Virus record (IMG/VR): IMGVR_UViG_3300042898_006838
Location: 64,001-128,000 of that record
Source: a virus
Direction: 5' to 3' (one strand)
DNA: 64,000 bases
Position numbers and translations under genes: made by a program. The notes beneath the pieces were generated by a model, which was not told the DNA's origin, searched no databases, and saw only the letters and a list, made by a program, of their open reading frames with translations. Below are positions 39,610 to 50,162 of this stretch, piece after piece (within the stretch, counting starts at the first letter, position 1; every line of letters begins with the position of its first letter).

Positions 39610-41086
39610 TCTCAACCTCCTTCTCGAACTGGCTGTGAACGCGCTCGAACAAGTCCTTCATGATCGGCATGCTGCCTGCCCAGTACAGGCTGCGCTTGAA
39701 GCGCTGGTGCATGTCCTCCAACAGGAACCGGCGGCTGATGTCGACGGGCAGGTCCCTGAGGAACATGAGCAGATTCATCATCTGCCCCTTCTCCAGGTCC
39801 GTGAGACCGCTGCCCGTGCGCTCGTCGCTGCCCCGGGCCTTGAGATCGTCGTCGAAGGCGTGCATGTACTCACGCGCCTCGTCGAGTGTGATCTTCAGCA
39901 GCTCGGTCTTCACGTTGGTCTTCTTGACCATGGCGTGGAGCCTGGTCCTGGTCTTCGTCGGCTTCCAGGCCTTGTAGTCGCGAAGCTCCTCGACCTTCAT
40001 GTCCTGACGCCAGCCGTAGTCGTTCAGGATCTCCTGGATCCTGAGCGGACGATGCACACTCTCCGTGCCCTCCTTGAAGAAGATGGGACCGAGATCTGGG
40101 CCCAGGAGGTCGCTGACCACGGACATGCCCACGCTCTGAATCTCGTCCTTGGTCATCAGATCCCAGCACTTGCCGGCCATCTCCAGACTCCGGAACGTGG
40201 GCTTGACCTCGTTGCGCAGGTCGGCCTCGTACTTGATCAGCTTCCGGTGCTTGTCGGCGACGATGCGAGCCGTCTCGCTGACGCCGCTCTTCCCCGCCCA
40301 GTCGATGAACTCCTCGATGTCCGGGATCGCGTTGACGACGGCACAGCGAGTCAGCATCGCCCGGTCCATCTGGCCCACGAGGTACTCACCGTTGTCCGGG
40401 TTCATGGTGCACACGATCCAGACGCCTTCCGGCACCGTGTAGTCCAGGTAGCGACGCTCCAGGATCATCTGCATCAGCGCCTGACGCACTGGATCCTCCA
40501 TGCGGTTGAGCTCGTCGATGAGCCAGATGCCGCCGCCACGATGCCTGGCGTCTGGGAAGTTGCGGCTCACGCGCAGGTACTCGACGTGGGCGTGTCGCTT
40601 GTCGTCCTCGCTGATCCCCAGCTTCCGACACATGCCGATGAAGATGTCTTCGGCCGCGGACAGCATGTCTCGTGGGTCGGAGTTGACGTGCATGCGGCTG
40701 GCCATGTCGCAGGCCCGCAGGTAGACCTCGCGGTACACGGCTCGGTCGTCGACGACGTAGGGCATGCCCGTCACCTCCTCGTGGGCGATGATCGACATCG
40801 TCCAGAGCCCGAAGGCGTCGAGGCTCTCGCTGACGTTCTTGAACAGGTGGCGGCTGTTAACGGTGCTCAGCGACGAGACGTCTCGGTCCACGACCAAGTC
40901 GTTGCCGTCGCCGACACGGCCCTTGATCGAGACCTTACCCAGGCCCTGGCCGCGGATCGCCGCCTGCTCGGCGTAGAACTGGTAGACGGCGCTGGTCTTG
41001 CCCATGCCGCTTTCGCCCACGATCACGGGCGTGATGTCGGCGCGTTGAAAGATTGCGAGCTTGTTCTTGATATGATTGAGGCTCAT
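39590..41086 (-). CDS. MoxR-like AAA+ ATPase
   Basis: GESGMGKT, IDELNR, TMNP, MDRAMLTR; paired with VWA gene. Confidence 0.85.
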   Translation of the reverse strand: MSLNHIKNKLAIFQRADITPVIVGESGMGKTSAVYQFYAEQAAIRGQGLGKVSIKGRVGDGNDLVVDRDVSSLSTVNSRHLFKNVSESLDAFGLWTMSIIAHEEVTGMPYVVDDRAVYREVYLRACDMASRMHVNSDPRDMLSAAEDIFIGMCRKLGISEDDKRHAHVEYLRVSRNFPDARHRGGGIWLIDELNRMEDPVRQALMQMILERRYLDYTVPEGVWIVCTMNPDNGEYLVGQMDRAMLTRCAVVNAIPDIEEFIDWAGKSGVSETARIVADKHRKLIKYEADLRNEVKPTFRSLEMAGKCWDLMTKDEIQSVGMSVVSDLLGPDLGPIFFKEGTESVHRPLRIQEILNDYGWRQDMKVEELRDYKAWKPTKTRTRLHAMVKKTNVKTELLKITLDEAREYMHAFDDDLKARGSDERTGSGLTDLEKGQMMNLLMFLRDLPVDISRRFLLEDMHQRFKRSLYWAGSMPIMKDLFERVHSQFEKEVENDKKRS

Positions 41087-41088
41087 GT

Positions 41089-42105
41089 TCAGCTTCTCCC
41101 TTTTCTCTGAAAGTCGAACTCGAATGGGGCCTGGGAGACGTTTTTCTCCCAGGTCCTGGTAACTGACTCTGACTCGGCCCTGGCGATCACGGACTCAAGA
41201 CGCAGGGCCTCCTGCGGTTGGACGCTGTGGATGTACGAGAGCCAGCCCTTGATGGCTGCCTTCCGCTCCGGTGTCTGCTGTGGCCAGTGGTGACAGGCAC
41301 TCTGGATCCGGCGCCTTATCTGGCGGGGGATGCGAGCGTCGTCGCCGCTGACGACCAGGCCCGTGACCTTCTGACGGCCGCCACGGCGCATGATCGCCAC
41401 CTTCTTCTCATTGACCCGAAAGCCCTGGTCCACGACGATCTCTCGCACGTAGCCCAGGAAGCCGTCGACGCCACCACGCCAGACGTCGGCACTGAACGTG
41501 AGGTCATCGGCGTAGCGCGTGTAGCGCATGCCCAGGCTCGCGGCCAGGGCCTTGAGTCTGCGATCCAGGCGCCAGGCGGCGATGTTGGCGATGTCGGGGC
41601 TGGTGACAAAGCCTTGACACAGATGGTCCTCGTAACTGGTCAGGCGCGTAAGCGTCGCCGCCACCCGCGGCTCGAAGCCGAAGACGGTGCGGAAGATGGC
41701 GAATACGCGCCGGCTGCCGATGCCGGGGAAGAAGTCCTTGAGGTCGACGTTGATCAGCAGCTGCGGAGCCCGTGCCTCTCCGCCAGCCAGTGACGGCACG
41801 TGGGACCTGGCGTTGGTCAGGCACCCACGCCCGGGCACGAAGCCGTGAACGCAGTCGTCGACGGGCACGCGCTGCAGCAGGCCCTCACGGATCCGTGTCT
41901 GCAGCCAGTACAGGACCTTGCTCGGCTCGTAGACCGTCCTTCTCTTCGCACCCTTGTTCGTGACGATGACGTGCTTACTCACGTTCTCAGCCTGACGCCA
42001 TGCACACCACGTGGCGTGTCGCGGCAACACGTCCAGGTAGCTGAACAGCAGGCTGACGGTATTCAGGTAGCTGAGATCAACTACCGGTTTTGGATTCTCG
42101 TCCAT
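41089..42105 (-). CDS. Retron-type reverse transcriptase
   Basis: HGF, NARSH (region X NAxxH), DLKDFF, QGFVTSP, YTRYADD, RQKVTG (region Y VTG). Confidence 0.92.
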   Translation of the reverse strand: MDENPKPVVDLSYLNTVSLLFSYLDVLPRHATWCAWRQAENVSKHVIVTNKGAKRRTVYEPSKVLYWLQTRIREGLLQRVPVDDCVHGFVPGRGCLTNARSHVPSLAGGEARAPQLLINVDLKDFFPGIGSRRVFAIFRTVFGFEPRVAATLTRLTSYEDHLCQGFVTSPDIANIAAWRLDRRLKALAASLGMRYTRYADDLTFSADVWRGGVDGFLGYVREIVVDQGFRVNEKKVAIMRRGGRQKVTGLVVSGDDARIPRQIRRRIQSACHHWPQQTPERKAAIKGWLSYIHSVQPQEALRLESVIARAESESVTRTWEKNVSQAPFEFDFQRKGRS

Positions 42106-42490
42106 GACCTTCTCCCTTCTTCTTTCGCAGCGCGATGGTGACCAAGTCTGTCTTGGCTGTGCACTTGAACATGGCGCTGACGCCCAGGCCGTCCTGGAGA
42201 CAGCTGATGTTGTTCATGCACACGCCGCATAGGTCTCCATGGTTTTGCCCGTAGATGATCAGTTCTTTCACCTGCAACCAGAACAGAGCCCGCAGGTGCT
42301 TGTCCTGCAGGTGCCTGGGCACGAGCGGTATCATGAGATCACCGTCGACAACCGCGATGCTGGATCCAGCACGCTGGCACTCGTCGACGACGCGCTGGTC
42401 CAGCTTGTGAGTCGACATCAGCGCCAGAGACTCGTGACGATGTATCTGCACATTCCTCTTCCAATCAGCTCTGCTCCCAGCCATTGACAT
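42077..42490 (-). CDS. Hypothetical protein overlapping the RT start
   Basis: 137 aa, CxxC; GGGCATAAG 20 nt upstream. Confidence 0.5.
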   Translation of the reverse strand: MSMAGSRADWKRNVQIHRHESLALMSTHKLDQRVVDECQRAGSSIAVVDGDLMIPLVPRHLQDKHLRALFWLQVKELIIYGQNHGDLCGVCMNNISCLQDGLGVSAMFKCTAKTDLVTIALRKKKGEGHGRESKTGS

Positions 42491-43931
42491 ACTGACCTCG
42501 AATTCCGGGCCTTATGCCCAGCTGACTGTGGACGGTTTGGAAGTACGGATATCCGATACGGACGCTGAACCTTGGTCGGTCGCCGACGGTGATTGACGAT
42601 CCACGGAATCCGAATCCACCATGCTGACTTGCACCTGTATCGGTGCTGATCGTGATGTCTCCGCGCCCGTCGATCTCCATGGCCAGGACGTCATTGCGCT
42701 TGCTTCGACCGTCACCGTGATACCGGAGGTCTCCGAACGAGTACCTCCTGTCCATGTCCTTCATGACCAGGAACAGGGACGGCAGCCGCTCCTTGTCGAC
42801 GGTGTCGAGAGAGAAGCTGCTGGGAACGGCTCCGATTGACAAGAGCTCGGTCTCACTGACCGTCGCGAACTCCCCGTACCCGGGCGTCAGCGACCTGAGG
42901 CTGAGGACACGTTCGCCCTTGAACCACTTGCGACCCGGGCCGTAGACGATGAAGTTCTTATTATTCCGCTTCCACTTACTTCCTCCCCAGCGACCCCAGG
43001 CCTCAAGCCATGACCTCTGGTCCTCACGGCCTTGCCAGCCGCCGATGACCGGGACCATGTCAGGAGACAGTCGACAAGGGCTCTCCAGGGCCCAGACGTT
43101 CTTGCAGGCGTAGACGCAGCCCTGGCACTCGCTGGCCCGGTACGCGCGTCTGGCCTTGTTTGTGGCCCCGGACTTCTGGCTCTTGAACCTGGCCGTCAGC
43201 CGATGCACGGCGCTGGTCTCGTAGCTGAAGTCCAGGGTCCCGGCGTTCACGCGCTCGGGAAAGCCGGTGACCGGGGCCTGGGCCGCGAAGTATGGCCGGG
43301 ACTTGGCAACGGCCTCCAGGTCCTCGATGTCCACACCCTCCTCGATCATGCCCCTGACAACACGGATGTCGCTGTCGTCGACCTCCGGGTTCAGGTGCTG
43401 AGGCCTGGTGACAACGCACCATCCCAGGTCCTTCAGGCTCTTGGCGGTGATCGTGGCCGTCGTCGCCGTCCCGATCCTGATCAGGGAACAGGCGTTGCGG
43501 TGGCCGTCGAGTACCGCCCGCTCCATCTCCTCACTGGCCTCGGCTCGCGGGTCCTTGCCGCTACTGCGCTGCCACTTCGGGCGATGATCGTGGTTCGGCG
43601 GCCTGACGCCGGGGACGGTTCCTTCCAGTCCCCCGTAGCGACGCCAGCAGTCGTCGCGCTGTGGGCAGCTGGCACAGACGTTTCGCGCCTGCCCCTCGCC
43701 TCCCGCCATCAGCCACTGGCCTCCGGAGATGTTGACGTACTCGGACTCCAGATCCTCGAAGCCGCCACGGTTGACGCTCGGGCCCTGGACGGCGACGAGG
43801 CTGTGGCCGACGGAGAAGACGTTGAAGTCATGCTCCAGGGCCAGGCGCCTGAGTCTATTCTGATCCGATTCGCCGTTGTGGCAGATGACGAGGACGCCGC
43901 TGTCATCCTTCCTGAAAAAGCAGTTGTTCAT
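42465..43931 (-). CDS. Hypothetical protein with Cys clusters
   Basis: AGGAG SD; CASC..C, CQGC..C. Confidence 0.6.
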   Translation of the reverse strand: MNNCFFRKDDSGVLVICHNGESDQNRLRRLALEHDFNVFSVGHSLVAVQGPSVNRGGFEDLESEYVNISGGQWLMAGGEGQARNVCASCPQRDDCWRRYGGLEGTVPGVRPPNHDHRPKWQRSSGKDPRAEASEEMERAVLDGHRNACSLIRIGTATTATITAKSLKDLGWCVVTRPQHLNPEVDDSDIRVVRGMIEEGVDIEDLEAVAKSRPYFAAQAPVTGFPERVNAGTLDFSYETSAVHRLTARFKSQKSGATNKARRAYRASECQGCVYACKNVWALESPCRLSPDMVPVIGGWQGREDQRSWLEAWGRWGGSKWKRNNKNFIVYGPGRKWFKGERVLSLRSLTPGYGEFATVSETELLSIGAVPSSFSLDTVDKERLPSLFLVMKDMDRRYSFGDLRYHGDGRSKRNDVLAMEIDGRGDITISTDTGASQHGGFGFRGSSITVGDRPRFSVRIGYPYFQTVHSQLGIRPGIRGQYVNGWEQS

Positions 43932-43942
43932 ATCCAGCTCCT

Positions 43943-43976
43943 GAAAAAGAAGAGACCCGGCTCGTCACCGGGTCTC
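43943..43976 (-). terminator. Intrinsic terminator downstream of GGGCATAAC motif
   Basis: GAGACCCGG-7nt-CCGGGTCTC followed by T-rich run on the minus strand. Confidence 0.7.
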
Positions 43977-44114
43977 GTTGGTTCTCTGCTCACTGACGGT
44001 TATGCCCGATGTCAGCCCGGGATACGGGCCCCACATTCCTGACAGACGCCGTTGACGGTCGCCGTCAGGCACCGGCACCAGACGAGGTGGCCGTCTGACC
44101 TCAGCGGCTGCTGG

Positions 44115-44414
44115 TCAGCGTCTTGAGCCTCCTTGTCCAGGGTCGAAGGCTGCACTGCGTACTTGGTCATTCCCTGACCCGATTTCTTCTCTTCCATCGA
44201 TCACCCCCTTGACCCTGGTCACGTAGGCCAGGCACTTTTGATTCACAGCAATCAGGTTCTCACAGGCACTGGCCACGGACGACAGCTGATCCCTGGTCAC
44301 CAGTCGACGGTCGTCGAGCTGGGACCTGAGAACAGCATTCTCTCGCCACAGGAACGCCGACGTCGAGGACAGCGCCAGGAGACAGATGCTCAATGCCACA
44401 ACAGCAGTTCTCAT
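44115..44414 (-). CDS. Small protein with N-terminal signal/TM segment
   Basis: MRTAVVALSICLLALSS. Confidence 0.45.
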   Translation of the reverse strand: MRTAVVALSICLLALSSTSAFLWRENAVLRSQLDDRRLVTRDQLSSVASACENLIAVNQKCLAYVTRVKGVIDGREEIGSGNDQVRSAAFDPGQGGSRR

Positions 44415-44709
44415 GACCGTTCCTCCCTCTTCTTCATCGCCAGGTGATATTTGTCCCAGCGACTGCGAGACGCGTCGGCGACGGCTTGCATGGAGTCGTA
44501 CACGGCACGGCAGTCTGTGACGTGCCTGGCCAACTCGTCCCTGGTCATGACCAGAGACGTCTCAACTCGTCCATCCTCTCCCCAAACCGTGATCTGGGCT
44601 CCGGGAACCAAGGCCATGCCATCGTCGTCGACACTCGACTCGTCGGTCATGGCCATGGCGTCGGCAGCCGGTGGCAGGAGAAGTACAGCTACCCTCATAA
44701 CTTTTGAGC

Positions 44710-45585
44710 TCATCGCCTGACATCTCCATCGTCTTTGCCTGGTTTTATTGGGACCTCGACCTTAAGACCAGGAACAGTTTCCTGGCTCTCGTCACTGAAG
44801 TCACCCTTCATCGCGTTCTTCATCGCCAGCATCGTCGACGGAGCCAGGTCCGTGAAGCGGCTGGTGATGAAGCTCAGGTAGCTCTTTGGCGTCTCCGACA
44901 GCAGCATGCCGATGTGCTTGCCGGCCCCCATCCGCAGTCGAGACGTTTCTCGACAGCGGAAGAGGAAGGCGCCGTACCGCTGGTACTCGGCCTCGACCAG
45001 CGGTCGAAGTCGAGCCTGCTCGTCCAGCGCCTCGTCGACGTCGGCCGGAATCATGCCCTTGTCGGCCATGGCCGTGATCAACTCACCAGTCATCTGGCAG
45101 TCGACGGCGGCGCTGTGAGCCTGGCCACGGCTGGGGTGGATGCCGAAGCGAGCGCAGACCTCCGTCAGCTTCCGCGGCTGTCCCCTCATCTTCCAGTTCA
45201 CGAAGACCATGGCGTCGAGAGTCGGCCAGGGCCAGCCCGCGTCCAGGCCGTGACGCTCGCACTCCGCCGTCACCAGCACCTGGTCGTAGGCGAGGATGTT
45301 GTAGCCGGCCACGACCGTGCCCTCGCCTTCGAAGTAGGCCTTGACCCGAGGCCAGAGCTCCGGGAACTGAGGGCAGTCGGCGACGGTGGCGTCGACGATG
45401 CCGTGGACGTCGCTGGCTCCCTTGGGGATGGGGATCCCGGGGTTCACGCGCACACGCCGCCGCGTGTACTCGCTGACCCCGGGATCCCTGATCGCTGCCC
45501 CGAACTCGACGACACGGTCGCTGGCCGTGTCCACGCCCGTGGACTCGATGTCGAAAACAACCAATCTGGTCTCTGAAAGCAGCAT
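44710..45585 (-). CDS. DnaQ/DEDDh 3'-5' exonuclease
   Basis: FDIESTG, YN..YD, HSA..D; C-terminal GKH domain. Confidence 0.88.
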   Translation of the reverse strand: MLLSETRLVVFDIESTGVDTASDRVVEFGAAIRDPGVSEYTRRRVRVNPGIPIPKGASDVHGIVDATVADCPQFPELWPRVKAYFEGEGTVVAGYNILAYDQVLVTAECERHGLDAGWPWPTLDAMVFVNWKMRGQPRKLTEVCARFGIHPSRGQAHSAAVDCQMTGELITAMADKGMIPADVDEALDEQARLRPLVEAEYQRYGAFLFRCRETSRLRMGAGKHIGMLLSETPKSYLSFITSRFTDLAPSTMLAMKNAMKGDFSDESQETVPGLKVEVPIKPGKDDGDVRR

Positions 45586-45645
45586 GTCACCTCACAATCC
45601 GGTCCAGGCTGTCCTGGCGACCTGTTGTAGTCAAGTTTGATTGCA

Positions 45646-47523
45646 TCATCTTCTTCCGCTCTTAGAGAGTTGAAGAAGCTGGGCGATGACGTTGCCGTCG
45701 ACGACGGCCTCATGCGCCTCCTGCTTCGTCATCACCGCCTTCAGGATCACTTCATCGACCGTGCCCTTGGCCACGACCGTCACGTACGTCACCTTCCGCG
45801 TCTGGCCCATGCGGTAGATGCGTCTCTTCGCCTGGTAGAAGTCCTCGAAGCTGTAGCCATAGCTGTGGAAGATGGCGACGTTGCAGTGCTCGACCCACGT
45901 GTGCCCGAACTTGGCGCTGAGGGGGTGAGCGATCATGACCTTGTTCCTGCCGGTCTTGAAGGCCATGGCGCTGGCCTCGTGATCGCTAGTGCCGCCGTGC
46001 ATCGTGCTCACGCCGTACTTGGCCAGGGCGTCGCCGATGAGCTTGCCCTCTGTCTCCGGGAACCGGATCCAGATCACGACCGAGCGACCCTCGTCCTCGA
46101 TCAACTGCCTGGCGATGCGTACGGTCTCGGCGATCTTCGGACTCTCGCCCAGGAACCTGCTGTTGCCCGCGTCGTCGAAGACGAAGCCGCTGGTGATCTG
46201 GCTGAGCTTGTTCATCTGCACGATGAGCCAGCTCGTGCTCACGGTCTCGCCGTTGCCAAACTCCAGCATCATCTTCCGGTGCATGTCCCGGTAGTGAGTC
46301 TTCAGAACGCCATCGAGCTCGACCTCTGCCAACTCGTAGCACTCGCCAGGCAAGTCCACGCACTCGTCGAGCTGGTAGCGGATGGAGCGCTCGAAGACGA
46401 TGTCCCTGATCTTCATGTCCGTGTCGTCGGTCTTCGGCAGCCAGCGGAAGCCGTCGCTGGTCTGGTAGTAGTACTTGCTGCGGAAGGCGTAGAAGTTTCC
46501 GCCCAGGCACTGGTCCAGGAACGCCATTTGACCCCAGAAGTCGAGGCTGGTGTTGGGCCGGGGTGTGGCGGTCATGCACACGCGCCGGCGCACACTGGCC
46601 CCGAAGCTGATGGTCATCTGCGTGATCTGACTCTTTGGGTTCTTGAGGCAGCTGCTCTCGTCGACGATGAACATGTCCCAATCCCAGCGCCCCAGGTCAT
46701 CGGCCACGAGCTTGAAGGCCTCGGGGTTGATGAGGAAGACCTGGGCGTCGCTGGACAAGGCAGTCAGCAGCCGCTGTCTCTTGTCGTCGGCTCCCGGCGG
46801 CTGGAGCTCGGGGTGCCGGCGGTAGAGCTCGGCCTCGGCGGCCTCGTCCCCCAGCTCCTCGATCTTCTTCGACATGTGCGTGCGCATGTGCCGCCAGCCC
46901 ACGTGGGTCTTGAAGACGCGCTTGCACACCGGACAGGTCAGCACCGGCTCCCGCGGCGGCGGGTCGCTGATGTTCACCCACCGCAGGTCGCTGAAGGCGC
47001 TGACGTCCGCGCCCCAGCTCACGCCCAGGATCGTCTTCGGGGCCATGACCAGGAAGCGCTTGTAGCCCTTCAGGTCGACAAGGGCCTGCATGATGATGGC
47101 GGCCGTCGCCGTCTTGCCCGTGCCCGTGTCCAGGAACAGTCCACATGCCGGCAGCTTCAGCGCGTAGGCGGCGCTGACGACCTGGTGGTCCTTGGCCGTC
47201 GGCGGCAGCCTGACGCCGATGGCCGTCAGCCTAGTCCTGAGCTCGGACGCCGGCGTGGCCCTGATCTTGTTGGCCGCCACCCGCGCCAGCGCCAGCTTCT
47301 GCTGGTCAGCGAGCCAGGCGCTGGCCTCCGGCGGCATGGCCACGCCCATGGCCTTGAGGCCGTCGATGGCGTCATGGCTCAGGGGAATGACCCAGCGTCG
47401 GTAGCGACCGTGGTAGCGGGCTCCGGTGCTGACGCTCTGCCACAAGCGCACCGCAAAGCCCTGGTTTTCCTCGCCCGGCGCGCCGGTGAGGTGAATGTTT
47501 CCACGCAGAATCTTGATGTCCAT
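45646..47523 (-). CDS. SNF2-family helicase with inserted C2H2-like zinc finger
   Basis: DTGTGKT, DESS, TATP, QAKRRIYRMGQ; insert CPVC..F..HMRTH. Confidence 0.88.
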   Translation of the reverse strand: MDIKILRGNIHLTGAPGEENQGFAVRLWQSVSTGARYHGRYRRWVIPLSHDAIDGLKAMGVAMPPEASAWLADQQKLALARVAANKIRATPASELRTRLTAIGVRLPPTAKDHQVVSAAYALKLPACGLFLDTGTGKTATAAIIMQALVDLKGYKRFLVMAPKTILGVSWGADVSAFSDLRWVNISDPPPREPVLTCPVCKRVFKTHVGWRHMRTHMSKKIEELGDEAAEAELYRRHPELQPPGADDKRQRLLTALSSDAQVFLINPEAFKLVADDLGRWDWDMFIVDESSCLKNPKSQITQMTISFGASVRRRVCMTATPRPNTSLDFWGQMAFLDQCLGGNFYAFRSKYYYQTSDGFRWLPKTDDTDMKIRDIVFERSIRYQLDECVDLPGECYELAEVELDGVLKTHYRDMHRKMMLEFGNGETVSTSWLIVQMNKLSQITSGFVFDDAGNSRFLGESPKIAETVRIARQLIEDEGRSVVIWIRFPETEGKLIGDALAKYGVSTMHGGTSDHEASAMAFKTGRNKVMIAHPLSAKFGHTWVEHCNVAIFHSYGYSFEDFYQAKRRIYRMGQTRKVTYVTVVAKGTVDEVILKAVMTKQEAHEAVVDGNVIAQLLQLSKSGRR

Positions 47524-47862
47524 GTCCTAGTCCTCCGGCTCGATTGTTTCCTCGACCACGTCCTCGTAGTGCCCGTCGCCGAAGACCTCGGGCGCGTAGC
47601 CGGCCTTGACGGCGTTGACGCACTCGTCGCACACCCGTGACACGGGTATGCCCTTGGCGTCATTCAGCCACCAACTGTTTTGCTTGTCGTGCTGGGCCTT
47701 GTGAGCCCGAAGCCAGTCACTCATCTCTGACTCCATGAGTCTGGGTTTCTGATGCCAGGTGCAACACATCCGCTGCCGCCACATCGACGGCAGGTTCGGG
47801 CGTAGAAGCCGCGCCTGCGTCTCTCTGGACGCCAGCCGCGGCCGAAGCAGAGATTGCAGCGC

Positions 47863-48210
47863 TCATCCATCGCCGGCCTCGATCTTGTAGCCCTTGCTCA
47901 TCCAGGACTTGGATTGAATGTGACCGAGCCAGTCGCTGACGCTGGGCACGCGGCCGCCGCAGTCCTCCTTCACATGCTGTTCGCCGATGTAGCGGACAGG
48001 AACCTTCTTTCCGTCGCTGTTCACGATCTCCAGGCCGAACTTGCGCTCGGCCTCGAAGATGCCGTGACTATGGTGTCTCAGCGCCCGGTGCCTGAAGTCG
48101 CACATCATCTCCTTGGTCTCGTCGAACCAGTCGTGGATGGCCTGATAGTCCTCGGGCCTGCCACCAAAGATTCGGGCACTGGATTGTGCGTGGTGACTGG
48201 TGTGCATCAC
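47863..48210 (-). CDS. DUF6915-like protein
   Basis: HAQSSARIFGG..DY..IHDWFD..K..RHRALRHH..EQHVKED. Confidence 0.7.
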   Translation of the reverse strand: MMHTSHHAQSSARIFGGRPEDYQAIHDWFDETKEMMCDFRHRALRHHSHGIFEAERKFGLEIVNSDGKKVPVRYIGEQHVKEDCGGRVPSVSDWLGHIQSKSWMSKGYKIEAGDG

Positions 48211-48668
48211 TCACCGACCTTCTCGTCAACGGAATCAGACATCTCATCGATGGTCGTGGACAGCTCCACGACCATCACGCTTGTGTCCTGGGTCATGACG
48301 TTGTCGTTGTGAGTCAGCGTCATCGTCCTGGCCTGAACGTCTATCTCGAAACGTCCGTCAGCTCCGTCGTTGTTGAAGCATCCGCCGTGTTCGTGGTCGA
48401 GGATGGAGTCGCAATAGTCGATGATTACTTCAGTAAGCTTCCTATTCTTCTTAACCGATGGTCCTTTCACCCATCCGATGCCTTCTTGAAACCTTTCTTC
48501 ATGAACATAGACTTCAACCCGAACATCATTTTTGGAGTCGTAGTCGATGACACAGTGGTCAATCTGACCACTGTCTCCGCTGCCGCTGTACTCGACAGTC
48601 ACGTTCATGGCGCCCATGGCCTTCAGCGCGTCCATGATCAGTCTCTTGTTGTCATCGTTTTTTCTCAT
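48207..48668 (-). CDS. DUF6878-like protein
   Basis: VEYSGSGDSG, NNDGADG; start re-assigned to MRKND. Confidence 0.6.
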   Translation of the reverse strand: MRKNDDNKRLIMDALKAMGAMNVTVEYSGSGDSGQIDHCVIDYDSKNDVRVEVYVHEERFQEGIGWVKGPSVKKNRKLTEVIIDYCDSILDHEHGGCFNNDGADGRFEIDVQARTMTLTHNDNVMTQDTSVMVVELSTTIDEMSDSVDEKVGE

Positions 48669-50162
48669 ACCCGTCTCCTGTCGTTTTTGATTTGAGAAGC
48701 GGCCACTCACGCCGCCAATCGTCGATGATGGAACTGAACTCCCTGGTCGCCAGGACATGGGTCCTGACGTCACTCTCGAACATGTCCATGCCCAGGTACT
48801 CGACGGCCTGCGCGTCGAAGTCGCCGAGTACCCGGTCGCCGAGACGCTGTTTCCCGCGCCTGGCAAAGCGCAGGGTCGGGTCGAAGACGGCATCGCCGTT
48901 CACCGCCACCCAGCCGTGGAGGATGGGGATGTGGCGGAGAGCGAAGCCTTCGACGTAGGTGAAGGTCGTCGGCGTCAGCGCCCCGGCCATGAGCACGAAC
49001 TGCTGAGCGTTGCCGAAACACTGTTGCCTCGGGAACCTGAGCCGGCACTTGTCCACGACCTTGAAGATGGACTCGTGCTCCAGCGTCGTCAGCGACCGGG
49101 GCGTGAACGACCTGCCCCTTCGCGCCAGCAGGTCGTAGAAGCTGTTGTAGTCATAGCCAGGTCTAGGATGACCGTGCATTTCCGCCATCTGCCTGAGAAT
49201 GATAGGCAACTGCATCCCCAACCTCATGGATCGTGGTCTTGACGGTTCTGTCGATAAGCGACTGGGCGTCACGCCTCAGCAACTTGTCGACCTTGTTCTT
49301 GAACGCGGTCTTGGTCGTGTCACCGACGTTACAGCGCAGACCCACGTGGTCCCTGACGTCGACGGCAGTGGTGTCATTGTCCAGGAGACCGAGCATGAAC
49401 ATGCGTGTGGCGAACTCTTGCCAGTTGCTGTCCTTGATCTCGCCGATGTCAACGGCCATGGTCAGGAAGATGAGCCTCTCGGTGACTGGGTTGATTCTGC
49501 CATCCGGCAGCCAGCACTTGGTCTTGTAGTCAGCGATTTTCGTCAGGTCGTACGTCAGTGGCATCTTTCATCTCCGTTAACGTGGTTGGGTAGGCAAGTT
49601 CGTGACAGCGGCTGTAGGCCTCAGTGAATTTGTCGGAGTCGCTGAGTCCGAGACCGCAGAGGTCGTGGAGCTTGGACACGATCAGGCGCACGGCCGGATG
49701 CTCTCGGCGGCTGAAGGTGTCCAGGTCCACGAGCATCGTCAGTCCCTGGGCCAGCGTCCTGGCCACGGCCGTGGGGTTGACTGCGTCCTGGATGTCGAGT
49801 GCCGTCCGGCAAAGCTCTTGCTCATTTTTCATCGTCTAATCTCATCGTCAGATTGTTGAAGGTGAAGACACGGAAGCCGACGGCTATCGCCAGCCCCACG
49901 TGCGTGCCGACAAAGGCCACGTCATCTGGTCGACGTTCGCGGACCACGGTCATGCGGACGTGGAGGCGGGAGACGATGATCGGGACCTGGGTCAGCGGCA
50001 GCCAGAGCACGCCGTCATCGCACTCCGTCGGCAGTCGTCCGCTGTTGTCGACGACTGCAAGTCGACCGCTGGCGTCGTCGACGAACAGTCGGTGCTCGCC
50101 GCGGGGCCCGGCGTACACCAGGCGCCAGCGATAGAGGCTCTCCTGCATCTCGACTATGGTGT

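Noticed and set aside
41089-42105. RT as diversity-generating retroelement or group II intron
   Set aside because: No TR/VR pair differing at adenines was seen, there is no maturase/endonuclease domain, and NAxxH plus VTG are retron signatures.
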